Origin: a virus
Virus record (IMG/VR): IMGVR_UViG_3300018080_000167
Span: 10,774-74,773 of that record
DNA: 64,000 nt
Direction: 5' to 3' (one strand)
In this document: positions 56,004-64,000 of the stretch, piece after piece
How positions within the stretch are numbered: position 1 is the stretch's first letter
Layout: each line of letters begins with the position of its first letter
Position numbers and translations under genes: made by a program
The notes under the pieces: generated by a model
What the model was told of the DNA's origin: nothing
What the model saw: only the letters and a program-made list of their open reading frames with translations
Database searches by the model: none

Positions 56004-57639
56004 TAAATATCATAAAACGCGATTAGTTGCAAAAGCGCGTATTTGCGACATTGATGATAAGGCAAAAGCTGCTATAGCTGAAGATGTTAAAAATAACGTT
56101 GCGAGTAGCAACGATGATATATATGTTGGTGCGCAACAAGACTTGATAGTTGTTGAGTCTGTTCTTGTATCAACAGGGATAAATAAGAATGATGATGTCT
56201 TTTTGCCACAAGAACTTGCATCTGTGCATGGAACTGGACGACACAAGCCAGTTAATCTAGAACACAATGATGAACAGATAGTTGGGCATATGATTGAATC
56301 ATTCCCTACTGATAAAGAAGGAAATAGGATAGGTAATGACGTTATAGATGATCCGGAGAAAATACCCGCATCTTTTGATTTGACTAATAGGGCAGTTGTT
56401 TATGCATATGTATTTCCACAATTAGCACACGATATTAGGGAGAAGGCATCAAGCAACGAACTTTTTGTGTCAGTCGAGGTATGGTATAAAGGCTACGATT
56501 ATCTCGTTGGTGACTCTATTGTTAGGCGCAATGAGAGCACAGCCATGGTGTTTGATCCGGTGTTACGTATTAATGGTGGTACTGGATTTGTAGATGGGGC
56601 AAAAGTCGGTAGAGCATTAAGGGGAATGCTTATAGCTGGCGTTGGTCTTGTCAAGAATCCTGCCAATGAGGAAAGCGTCATTAAGTCTGTATCACATGAA
56701 CCTGAAGAAAAAAATAAGGAGGTTAATGCATCTGATTTAATTGATGAATTCCGAATGGGTTATTTTAATTCCGAGGAGGTTGACATGGGAAAATCTAAAG
56801 CTGGGAAAGAAGAAGAAAAGAAAACTACCAGCACGACCGCACAATCTGAGGAAACCACAGAAGATCTTGACAAGCAAGAGGAGGGCGTCACTGGAAAAGC
56901 TGAAAATTCTGATACCTCTACGGATTCTATTGAATCTAAAGAGACTGAAGAAGAGACGGTTGAATCCAAAGAGGAAGACGTAGAAGACACAGACAAAAAC
57001 AGTGCTACAGCCAAAGAAAGTGACATTGAGGGTCAAGAAAATGCTGAAACATCTGAAGAGGGTGAATCTGAAAACGAAGAAGATCCTGAGAAATCAGAAT
57101 CGGCAGAAGATGGCGAAACAGATAGTGTTGAAGAGTCGGAAGATTCTTCGAAAGATGAAATTTCTAAACTTAAAAGTGAAATTAACGAACTTAAAAAGTC
57201 AATTGAAAGCAAAAACAAAGAATTTGAAGAAGTTGTTGCTGATCTTAAAGAGATGAGGGCGAATAAAATACGTGAAGAGCGTATAGTTGAAGCTACCGAA
57301 AAGTTGATGGTTGAAAAAGCAAATGCTGAAAAGCTTGTTGATAAAACTATTGATATGGATGCTGAAAACTTCACTTCTTATCTTAACGATCTTTTTGAAA
57401 TGTTTGGTAATAAAACAACGGCTTCTACAGAGACAAATTCTGAAGACAGCGAAGAGGAAAAACAAGAGGATGACACTGAGATTGATAAAGTTATAGATAA
57501 GGCTGTTGAGAATGCTGAAAAAGATGACAAAGATAAGGTTGATTTCAAAAATAGCGTAGATAAAGACGACTTAGTGGCTAAATTTCAAAAAGCCGTAAGT
57601 AAATTTGCGCCTAACAAACAAGAAGACAAGGAGGAATAA
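55996..57639 (+). CDS. Prohead protease / scaffold fusion
   Basis: NKNDDVF, KPVNLEH..IVGH, VSVEV, GVGLVKNPAN; acidic coiled-coil C-half with internal GAGGAGG-ATG start. Confidence 0.75.
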   Translation: MNNKYHKTRLVAKARICDIDDKAKAAIAEDVKNNVASSNDDIYVGAQQDLIVVESVLVSTGINKNDDVFLPQELASVHGTGRHKPVNLEHNDEQIVGHMIESFPTDKEGNRIGNDVIDDPEKIPASFDLTNRAVVYAYVFPQLAHDIREKASSNELFVSVEVWYKGYDYLVGDSIVRRNESTAMVFDPVLRINGGTGFVDGAKVGRALRGMLIAGVGLVKNPANEESVIKSVSHEPEEKNKEVNASDLIDEFRMGYFNSEEVDMGKSKAGKEEEKKTTSTTAQSEETTEDLDKQEEGVTGKAENSDTSTDSIESKETEEETVESKEEDVEDTDKNSATAKESDIEGQENAETSEEGESENEEDPEKSESAEDGETDSVEESEDSSKDEISKLKSEINELKKSIESKNKEFEEVVADLKEMRANKIREERIVEATEKLMVEKANAEKLVDKTIDMDAENFTSYLNDLFEMFGNKTTASTETNSEDSEEEKQEDDTEIDKVIDKAVENAEKDDKDKVDFKNSVDKDDLVAKFQKAVSKFAPNKQEDKEE

Positions 57640-57640
57640 T

Positions 57641-58090
57641 ATGGCACTTAAAGGTGAAAGACAGATTTTTGCTGAAACCGCAAAGTATCGCCTTGATGAA
57701 ATCAAGGAAAGGGGCTATTTTCTTATGCTTGATAGCTCTAATGAAGGATACGCCAAGGTAGCTGACACAAATATCTCTGCTACAGCTAATATGCTTGGCT
57801 GTTTGCTGCATGATATGATTGCAGACAATAGTGATTCTTGTCCTGCTAACCATCAAAAGGCATTTGAAGTATGGAAAGGTGGCAAGGTTCCTATTCTTGA
57901 GGCTGGTCGTATTAAGACCGATGTAACTCACGGCACAATCGCCGTTGATGATAAAGCGTATGTCAATCAGAGCGGTGTTCTTGTTAATGCTGCATCTGGT
58001 GATGGATATGTGTATAAAGAGGTCGGAGTTTTCGAAAGCACTGCAGACTCTGACGGTTATGTTGATGTGCGATTCGATTGTAGAAAGTAG
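57641..58090 (+). CDS. Head decoration / capsid cement protein
   Basis: MALKGER..G.LL.D..GGKV..L..G...TD..DSDGYV; directly before the MCP gene. Confidence 0.65.
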   Translation: MALKGERQIFAETAKYRLDEIKERGYFLMLDSSNEGYAKVADTNISATANMLGCLLHDMIADNSDSCPANHQKAFEVWKGGKVPILEAGRIKTDVTHGTIAVDDKAYVNQSGVLVNAASGDGYVYKEVGVFESTADSDGYVDVRFDCRK

Positions 58091-58103
58091 AAGGGGGTAA
58101 TAA

Positions 58104-59111
58104 ATGAAAATTTTGAATAAAAAAGCATTCCAGATGGATGACGAACACAAAGAACTCCTTCGCCAGACTGCTTCGAACGATCCTGAGGTACAGGCGAAGT
58201 ATCGACAAGCACTTGCTCAAACATTGGATGGTGCTTTTAAGTCTGCAGTTCTTGAGGAAGACACTCTTGAAGGTATTTTTGATAGGGTTATGGTTCCAGT
58301 TGGTGGAGACACAAGGTTTCCTATTCATTTTCTTGAACCAGGAGACGAAGAAGATCATGTAGCTTTTGTTATGCCTAAAGAGGGCGCGATGCCTTTGCGC
58401 ATGATCGAAGGCGATGAGATTTATGTTTCGACGTATGTTCTCGGTAATACTATTAATTGGCCTATCCGTTATGCTCGCGATGCGCGCTGGGATGTTGTTG
58501 CCGATGCAATGGATGTTTTTTACTATGGTTTTACACGCAAAATGAATGACGACGGATGGAAGACAATTATTACTTCTGCTGTAGAAAATGGTGCTGTTAC
58601 TGATAGCGATGCGGCAGATGGAACTCTTACGAAAAAGCTTTTCACTAATCTTCAGATTGGTATAAAGCGACTCACTGGTGGACGTAGGAGTAAGGTAACA
58701 GATGTTTATCTTTCTCCAGAGGCACTCGCTGACATTCGTAATTGGGGACCAACAGTAGTTGATGAAGCCACTCGTCGTCAAATTTTCCAGGGCGAACAAT
58801 CTCTTCCTGCTATTTTTGGTGTAAATCTTCATGAACATCTTGAACTTGGTGAAGGCCAGCGACTCCAGACATACATTGAGTCTTCAGATGGTCCTGATAA
58901 GAGCTCTTGGTTTACGAGCGACAAAGAATTTTGTATTGCTCTTGACTTAAGTTCAAAGCCCAACTATCCTTTCAAGATGCCTATCCGCGAAGAGCTTGGT
59001 GTATTTGATGACCAAACGATGCATAAGACAGCGCGCATGGGGGTGTATGGTTGGATGGAGCTTGGATTTGCAGTTCTTGATCAAAGATACGGTATGATAG
59101 GTACATTTTAA
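58104..59111 (+). CDS. Major capsid protein
   Basis: 335 aa; IRYARDARWDVV, YLSPEALADIRNW, GVYGWMELGFAVLD; followed by strong terminator. Confidence 0.85.
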   Translation: MKILNKKAFQMDDEHKELLRQTASNDPEVQAKYRQALAQTLDGAFKSAVLEEDTLEGIFDRVMVPVGGDTRFPIHFLEPGDEEDHVAFVMPKEGAMPLRMIEGDEIYVSTYVLGNTINWPIRYARDARWDVVADAMDVFYYGFTRKMNDDGWKTIITSAVENGAVTDSDAADGTLTKKLFTNLQIGIKRLTGGRRSKVTDVYLSPEALADIRNWGPTVVDEATRRQIFQGEQSLPAIFGVNLHEHLELGEGQRLQTYIESSDGPDKSSWFTSDKEFCIALDLSSKPNYPFKMPIREELGVFDDQTMHKTARMGVYGWMELGFAVLDQRYGMIGTF

Positions 59112-59155
59112 GATTCATAAGCTGTTATTAATACAGCATTTATAAGTTAATTTTT

Positions 59156-59190
59156 TGAGAGGGGTTTTAAAACCCCTCTCATTTTTTTTT
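59156..59190 (+). terminator. Rho-independent terminator
   Basis: TGAGAGGGGTTTT/AAAACCCCTCTCA followed by T-run. Confidence 0.85.
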
Positions 59191-59288
59191 CTCTCTGTTT
59201 ATGATTCGAAAAGTGGTAGGAGTTAGGTTAATGAATATAAAATGTAGCAATAAAAAACTGCCAACATAGTTAGGAAAAGAAAATTTTG

Positions 59289-59305
59289 AAACCGTATAAT
59301 TATAT
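59289..59305 (+). promoter_or_regulatory. Class C (late) phage promoter
   Basis: AACCGTATAATTATA. Confidence 0.65.
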
Positions 59306-59362
59306 AGAGTAAGTTTATTATTGCATATCTTTTTTTTTATTTTTTCACATTGGAGGTTTAAA

Positions 59363-59830
59363 ATGGCAAATTATTACAAATATGGTGGAACTGGACGCGG
59401 TATTGCTCTTGATTCTGATGGGAAACTTTTACTCAATGCCGATCCATCTGCAAATGGTAATGCATTTGAATATGGAACTACCGGAAGAAAAATTAAAGTA
59501 GATTCAGACGGTAAGCTTTTAGTAGACATTGAGGGCGTTAGTACAGACGGGGAGCTGGAAACTGCATCTGGACTCTTGGACACAAGGATTTCGACACTCG
59601 AAAGTAATAAGTATACAGCAGTCCTTGCGTCTGGTGACTGGGCGGCATCTGGCACACTTTATTCTCAGACAGTAAACCATGCGCTCAACGATCAGCTTGT
59701 TGCGGTACAATTTTATGATCCGACCACATATGAAAACAAGACTGTTGATCATTATGTGTTACAAGATGCTAATAATGTAGAGGTGCTTGCTTCTGGTACA
59801 GATGCCCTTGGTATTATAATTATTAGATAA
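59363..59830 (+). CDS. Short virion fibre/decoration-like protein
   Basis: 2x YG.TGR...DSDGKLL; C-terminus shared with the next gene. Confidence 0.65.
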   Translation: MANYYKYGGTGRGIALDSDGKLLLNADPSANGNAFEYGTTGRKIKVDSDGKLLVDIEGVSTDGELETASGLLDTRISTLESNKYTAVLASGDWAASGTLYSQTVNHALNDQLVAVQFYDPTTYENKTVDHYVLQDANNVEVLASGTDALGIIIIR

Positions 59831-59851
59831 TTGTTTTAGAAAGGATTTATT

Positions 59852-61507
59852 ATGGGAAACATTTTTGATTATGGGCCAACTGGAAGAGGATACACAGTAG
59901 ACTCTGAAGGAAGGCTGGAAATGAATGCAAATGCGTCTGCTAGTGGGTACCCGCTTGCATATGGGGCGACTGGCAGAGTTTTGGCCGTAGATGGCAATGG
60001 TAAGATTTTGGCAAATATTACAGACGACTATAGGGACACACTTATCAATGCTGTAGACGAGACTTTTGCAAGTGGCGCTCCGTATGCTGAGATGAAAGGG
60101 GCAATTGTCCCATTTAAGGGCAACGTTTATGCTGCAGCAGCCTCTCCTTATGGTGGAGCAAGTGATGATAAAGTGTATAAGTTGTCATTAGACTCAAGTG
60201 GTGTGTGGAAGCCATCTCTTGTTTTTCAAGCTGGTTCTGGCGGTTGTGTTCCAGGTTTGGCGGCAGTTGGCGAACGGCTTTATGCTTGTGGTGGACAATT
60301 GAGTCCATCTGGTATTGTTTGGTACACAGAGGATGGTGAAAATTGGGATGTTTTGGGACATATGCCACATGAGCCAGGGGCGAATCAGCAGCCAAGAACA
60401 CTATTAGATATGTGCGAATTTAATGGTGAGCTTGTTGTTTCTACAGCGAACAACGTATATGTTGGTCCGCAGCCTGTATATAGATGGAACGAAACAGATG
60501 AAGAGTTTCAAGTATTAACTTATGCTTATACGCACGCCGGACTTTGGGGTTGGACATGGCTGTGTGAAGCTGCTGATGGAAAATTGTTTATTGCCGCTGA
60601 CAAATGTCAGACTATAAGTATTTATGATGGGGCTATTGTTAAAACGAAAAATTTGCCAGCTCAGGCTGGTTCACAGGCTATAGAATATAATGGCAACATA
60701 TATTTGATTGCAGATAAAATTTACAGAATTTCAGATGTTGATGGTATAGAATACAATGTAGATTTTGAGCTTGATAGTAGTTTTAAGTTTGGGTCTTATG
60801 CACAATATGCAAAACCTGCCTTAGTACATAATGGAAAACTTTGGGTGTCAGCGCAAGGTATGCTTTTCTGCAAAGACAACGATGAGTGGCTAACTGTCAA
60901 TACAGCATTAAGCGGAGAGCTTGGGTATTGTAGGCGAATGTATGAAAAAGATGGCAAGATTTATGCATTTTATAAAGCTGGCTATTTAGAATTTGAAGAT
61001 AATTTGCTTTCTCCAGGAGTTCCACAGCACAATAGTTCAATCGTTCAGCACAATGATTATATTCCACAAATCCTCGATTATCTTGGTGTAAGAAGTCAGT
61101 ATCAATCAGAGAATTATTATACTAAGCAAGAAAGCTATAATATAGACGCGAACAATAAGTCTTATATGATTAATAGTAAACTTAAACGTTCTCCTGAATT
61201 TAGTGATTCTGGTGTCCTTTCTTCTGATGATACTATTCGTTCTGCAATACAAAAGTTGGATGGACACGTTTCTTCTGGTGTTGGCAAATATAATACAGTG
61301 CTTGCTTCTGGGGATTGGGTTGCCTCTGGTGTACTTTATTCGCAGACTGTGACTCACAATCTTGGCGATCGTTTTGTAACTGTCCAATATTATGATCCGA
61401 CATCATATGTTAGTGTAGATGTTGACCATCATGTATTGACAGATGCTAACAATGTAGAAGTTCTTGCTTCTGGCACAGATGCTCTTGGTGTTATTGTAAC
61501 TAGGTAG
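59852..61507 (+). CDS. Long paralogue with inserted beta-propeller-like domain (putative receptor-binding fibre)
   Basis: Same N- and C-terminal domains as 59363..59830; central FKGNVYA/FNGELVV/YNGNIYL/HNGKLWV blades. Confidence 0.65.
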   Translation: MGNIFDYGPTGRGYTVDSEGRLEMNANASASGYPLAYGATGRVLAVDGNGKILANITDDYRDTLINAVDETFASGAPYAEMKGAIVPFKGNVYAAAASPYGGASDDKVYKLSLDSSGVWKPSLVFQAGSGGCVPGLAAVGERLYACGGQLSPSGIVWYTEDGENWDVLGHMPHEPGANQQPRTLLDMCEFNGELVVSTANNVYVGPQPVYRWNETDEEFQVLTYAYTHAGLWGWTWLCEAADGKLFIAADKCQTISIYDGAIVKTKNLPAQAGSQAIEYNGNIYLIADKIYRISDVDGIEYNVDFELDSSFKFGSYAQYAKPALVHNGKLWVSAQGMLFCKDNDEWLTVNTALSGELGYCRRMYEKDGKIYAFYKAGYLEFEDNLLSPGVPQHNSSIVQHNDYIPQILDYLGVRSQYQSENYYTKQESYNIDANNKSYMINSKLKRSPEFSDSGVLSSDDTIRSAIQKLDGHVSSGVGKYNTVLASGDWVASGVLYSQTVTHNLGDRFVTVQYYDPTSYVSVDVDHHVLTDANNVEVLASGTDALGVIVTR

Positions 61508-61542
61508 TAGTATTAAATAATAGGCATTTTTAAGGCTTTATT

Positions 61543-61570
61543 ATGGGGCAGATAATTCTGCCCCATTTTT
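61543..61570 (+). terminator. Rho-independent terminator
   Basis: ATGGGGCAG..CTGCCCCAT followed by T-run. Confidence 0.8.
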
Positions 61571-61577
61571 ATACAAT

Positions 61578-61596
61578 AAGTCGTATAATTATATAG
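61578..61596 (+). promoter_or_regulatory. Class C (late) phage promoter
   Basis: AGTCGTATAATTATA. Confidence 0.6.
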
Positions 61597-61685
61597 AAAG
61601 AGTGCTGTTTATTTTATAATATGTTCAAATTATGTTGTATTATTAAACATTTTGTATATTAATTATTTTATTTTAGGAGGTTGTA

Positions 61686-62057
61686 ATGCAATTAAATTAT
61701 GAAAGTGCTAATGCTTCTTGTAGTGGTTTTATTTCTAATCTTAATGGTGGAGCTATTTCTTTTCATGACAGCGGTGATTCTGAGATTATAAATTGTGCAA
61801 TGAATACGCCCGCTTTTGATAATCCTGTCAGTGGTGTTTCTGCAATGTCTACATCTAGCACCGTACAAGATGTCTCTACTGGGTCTGGTGTTATTGATCA
61901 TGCACATTTTTTACAAGCAGACGATAGCATTTATTCTCAAATGACGTGTGCAACTAGCGGTGCAGAATTTAATTTTAGCACATTAGAATTTGACGAAGGT
62001 GAGACGCTTGTCATTGATAGTTTGTCTGTTGGATGGACTGCAACTACATTGACATAA
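61686..62057 (+). CDS. Virion structural protein
   Basis: PAFD.PVSG..A....QD....SG..DHA.F; AGGAGG RBS. Confidence 0.6.
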   Translation: MQLNYESANASCSGFISNLNGGAISFHDSGDSEIINCAMNTPAFDNPVSGVSAMSTSSTVQDVSTGSGVIDHAHFLQADDSIYSQMTCATSGAEFNFSTLEFDEGETLVIDSLSVGWTATTLT

Positions 62058-62273
62058 AAATTTATTTAAAGATCAACAAACTTTTTTATTTAAAAAGCGC
62101 AATTTATTTTTAATGGAAGGTTGATTATGATAAAAAATATTAAGCCAAAAATTTGTGCGACAATCTTTGTGAAAGATAAAAAGACAGGCTTAATCAAGTG
62201 CGATATTGGAAATAAAACAAAACTATTAACAATAGATGAGGCCAGAAAAATAATGGCTAAAAGGATATAAGTT

Positions 62274-62546
62274 ATGGCGCAAAAATTGGTGTCTTTATCG
62301 AGTCGTACTGATTTAGAAGAAGAAGAGAAGAATAAGACGCGCTATGTGGTTGCACACAACGGGCGCGACATTTATCATGCGGTAGAACTTTTTCCTGATC
62401 TTCAAGTTGCGACAGGACAGAAATATCTTGAAGTATTTGATACGAAAGAAGATGCATATTCTGTTTTTAATGAAAAAATAATGTTTGCTACCGACATTAA
62501 AGAAGCAGAAGAAGCTGAAATAGAGTTAAATAACACTAAAAAATAA
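62274..62546 (+). CDS. Hypothetical protein
   Basis: ATGQ.YLEVFDT.E; precedes the BspA gene. Confidence 0.55.
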   Translation: MAQKLVSLSSRTDLEEEEKNKTRYVVAHNGRDIYHAVELFPDLQVATGQKYLEVFDTKEDAYSVFNEKIMFATDIKEAEEAEIELNNTKK

Positions 62547-62586
62547 TTGTAATTATATTATAATTATTATTTAAAGAGGATAACAG

Positions 62587-64000
62587 ATGGCAAATTTTAT
62601 ATCTAAATGGAAAGTTATTCCTGGCGATTTGTCTATTTCTTTACCTCTTGTAAATGGTGGAACATATAATTTTGTTGTTAATTATGGAGACGCAAGTGGT
62701 GACTATACTGTTACATCATATAATGATGTTGACGCTACACATGAATATGCTGCTTCTGGTGAGTATACTGTTACAGTAAGCGGAACTATTGAAGGCTGGT
62801 CCTTTAATGATGGTGGAGATAAAGATAAGATAGTTGAAATAAGTCAATGGGGTGATCTTAGTTTTGGATCTACAGATGGTCAATTTTATGGCTGTGGCAA
62901 CTTAGATATAACAGCAACTGATGCCCCTGATTTGTCTAATACAACTAGTTTACGTTATTGTTTTCGTGATTGCTCTTCGCTTACTTCTTTAGATGTAAGC
63001 AGTTGGGACACATCAAGTGTAACAACTTTAAGTCGTTGTTTTAATGGTTGTTCTTCACTTACTTCTTTAGATGTAAGTGCTTGGGACGTATCAAGTGTAA
63101 CAATTTTATATTCTTGTTTTCATGGTTGTTCTTCGCTTACTTCTTTAGATGTAAGCGGTTGGGATACGTCAAGTGCAACAAATTTAAGAAATTGTTTTTA
63201 TGATTGTTCTTCACTTACTTCTTTAGATGTAAGCAGTTGGGATACATCAGGTGTAGAAAGTTTACAAGAATGTTTTTATAATTGTTCTTCGCTTACTTCT
63301 TTAGATGTAAGTTCTTGGGATGTATCAAGTGTAACAACCCCATATGCTTGTTTTCGTGATTGCTCTTCACTTACTTCTTTAGATGTAAGCAGTTGGGACA
63401 CATCAAGTTTAACAAGTTTACGTTATTGTTTTGAAGATTGTTCTTCACTCTCAGGATTAGAAATTCATAATTGGGATGTATCTAGTGTAACAACAGCAAC
63501 AAACTTTCTTAATGGAGCAAATAGCGCCCTTACAACATATGAATACGATCAAATATTAATTAATTGGTCAGAGCAATCTTTAAATAATAATGTTTCAATC
63601 CACTTCGGAGATGCACAATATGATTTAGGAGAACCTGAAAGTGCACATAATGTTTTAACAGATACATACGAGTGGACGATAGTAGACGGTGGAGATACAG
63701 GAAGTTATTTTTATGTTGTTGATGCGGAAATTGTCGCAGATAGTCCATTTATAGAATCTATATTAAATAGAGGTACAGATAGACATATAGATGCTGAAAT
63801 TACAGTAGACAATCCATTTATAGAGTCTGTACTTAGAAGAAGTGTGTCCAGACATATAGATGCTGAAATTACAGTAGACAATCCATTTATGGAATCCACA
63901 TTGAGTAGAAGTAAACATCTCGATGCTGAAATTACAGTAGACAATCCATTTATGGAATCCACATTGAGTAGAAGTAAACATCTCGATGCTGAAATTACAG
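62587..64000 (+). CDS. Partial PKD + BspA/DUF285 leucine-rich-repeat protein (open to the window end; absent from ORF track)
   Basis: GAGGA RBS; NFVVNYGD..THEYAASGEYTV, EISQWG..FYGC.NL...DAPDLS, 26-aa LRRs, YDQILINWS, then 21-23 aa repeats. Confidence 0.85.
   Translation, partial: MANFISKWKVIPGDLSISLPLVNGGTYNFVVNYGDASGDYTVTSYNDVDATHEYAASGEYTVTVSGTIEGWSFNDGGDKDKIVEISQWGDLSFGSTDGQFYGCGNLDITATDAPDLSNTTSLRYCFRDCSSLTSLDVSSWDTSSVTTLSRCFNGCSSLTSLDVSAWDVSSVTILYSCFHGCSSLTSLDVSGWDTSSATNLRNCFYDCSSLTSLDVSSWDTSGVESLQECFYNCSSLTSLDVSSWDVSSVTTPYACFRDCSSLTSLDVSSWDTSSLTSLRYCFEDCSSLSGLEIHNWDVSSVTTATNFLNGANSALTTYEYDQILINWSEQSLNNNVSIHFGDAQYDLGEPESAHNVLTDTYEWTIVDGGDTGSYFYVVDAEIVADSPFIESILNRGTDRHIDAEITVDNPFIESVLRRSVSRHIDAEITVDNPFMESTLSRSKHLDAEITVDNPFMESTLSRSKHLDAEIT
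62941..63490 (+). repeat. 78-bp LRR-coding tandem repeat, about 7 units
   Basis: Recurring tcttc(a/g)cttacttctttagatgtaag..tggga..catcaagt. Confidence 0.85.
63721..64000 (+). repeat. 63/69-bp tandem repeat (DAEITVDNPF.ES.L.R...H.)
   Basis: gatgctgaaattacagtagacaatccattt recurring; last two units essentially identical. Confidence 0.85.

Noticed and set aside
57611-58838. Long antisense ORFs (179 and 284 aa) opposite the capsid genes
   Set aside because: Antisense shadows of biased codon usage; no motifs or RBS
62941-63490. Diversity-generating retroelement target
   Set aside because: No reverse transcriptase or template repeat in the window; adenines in the constant frames do not vary; NNT codons are expected in AT-rich DNA

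Overview
AT-rich (roughly 30% GC by eye), gene-dense segment of a large tailed-phage genome (Caudoviricetes), probably infecting an anaerobe given its B12-dependent RNR. Left arm (1-~25.7 kb, minus strand): replication and nucleotide-metabolism genes (intein-containing RecQ, ThyX, dCMP deaminase, MazG-like, YhaM-like, AAA+ ATPase), signal peptidase I, Panacea antitoxin, UDP-glucose dehydrogenase, two tRNAs (Arg-UCU and the unusual Ile-UAU), a sigma-like factor, a GC-rich pentapeptide-repeat gene and many small early genes. Centre (~22-34 kb): a low-coding control region with a 21/22-bp iteron-like array, a highly base-paired candidate ncRNA, one-strand arrays of TATTA boxes phased at 12 bp, promoter-headed cassettes of small acidic proteins (one Ocr-like), sigma54-like and sigma70 promoters and a G-run region that may be a genome end. 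Right arm (34-64 kb, plus strand): RNase H, two DNA methyltransferases, a GGQ release-factor-like gene fused in an operon to RtcB, a PNK-type phosphatase, Gmd, an HNH-AP2 endonuclease with an in-frame TGA, and a class II RNR carrying an in-frame HTH plus degenerate LAGLIDADG domain. These are followed by a late sigma factor, ERCC4 nuclease, terminase, portal, protease/scaffold, capsid, paired fibre-like paralogues and a truncated BspA/DUF285 LRR protein. Three recurring phage-specific promoter motifs and three sigma-like genes suggest a multi-tier transcription cascade. All protein calls come from motifs recognised by eye; no searches were run.
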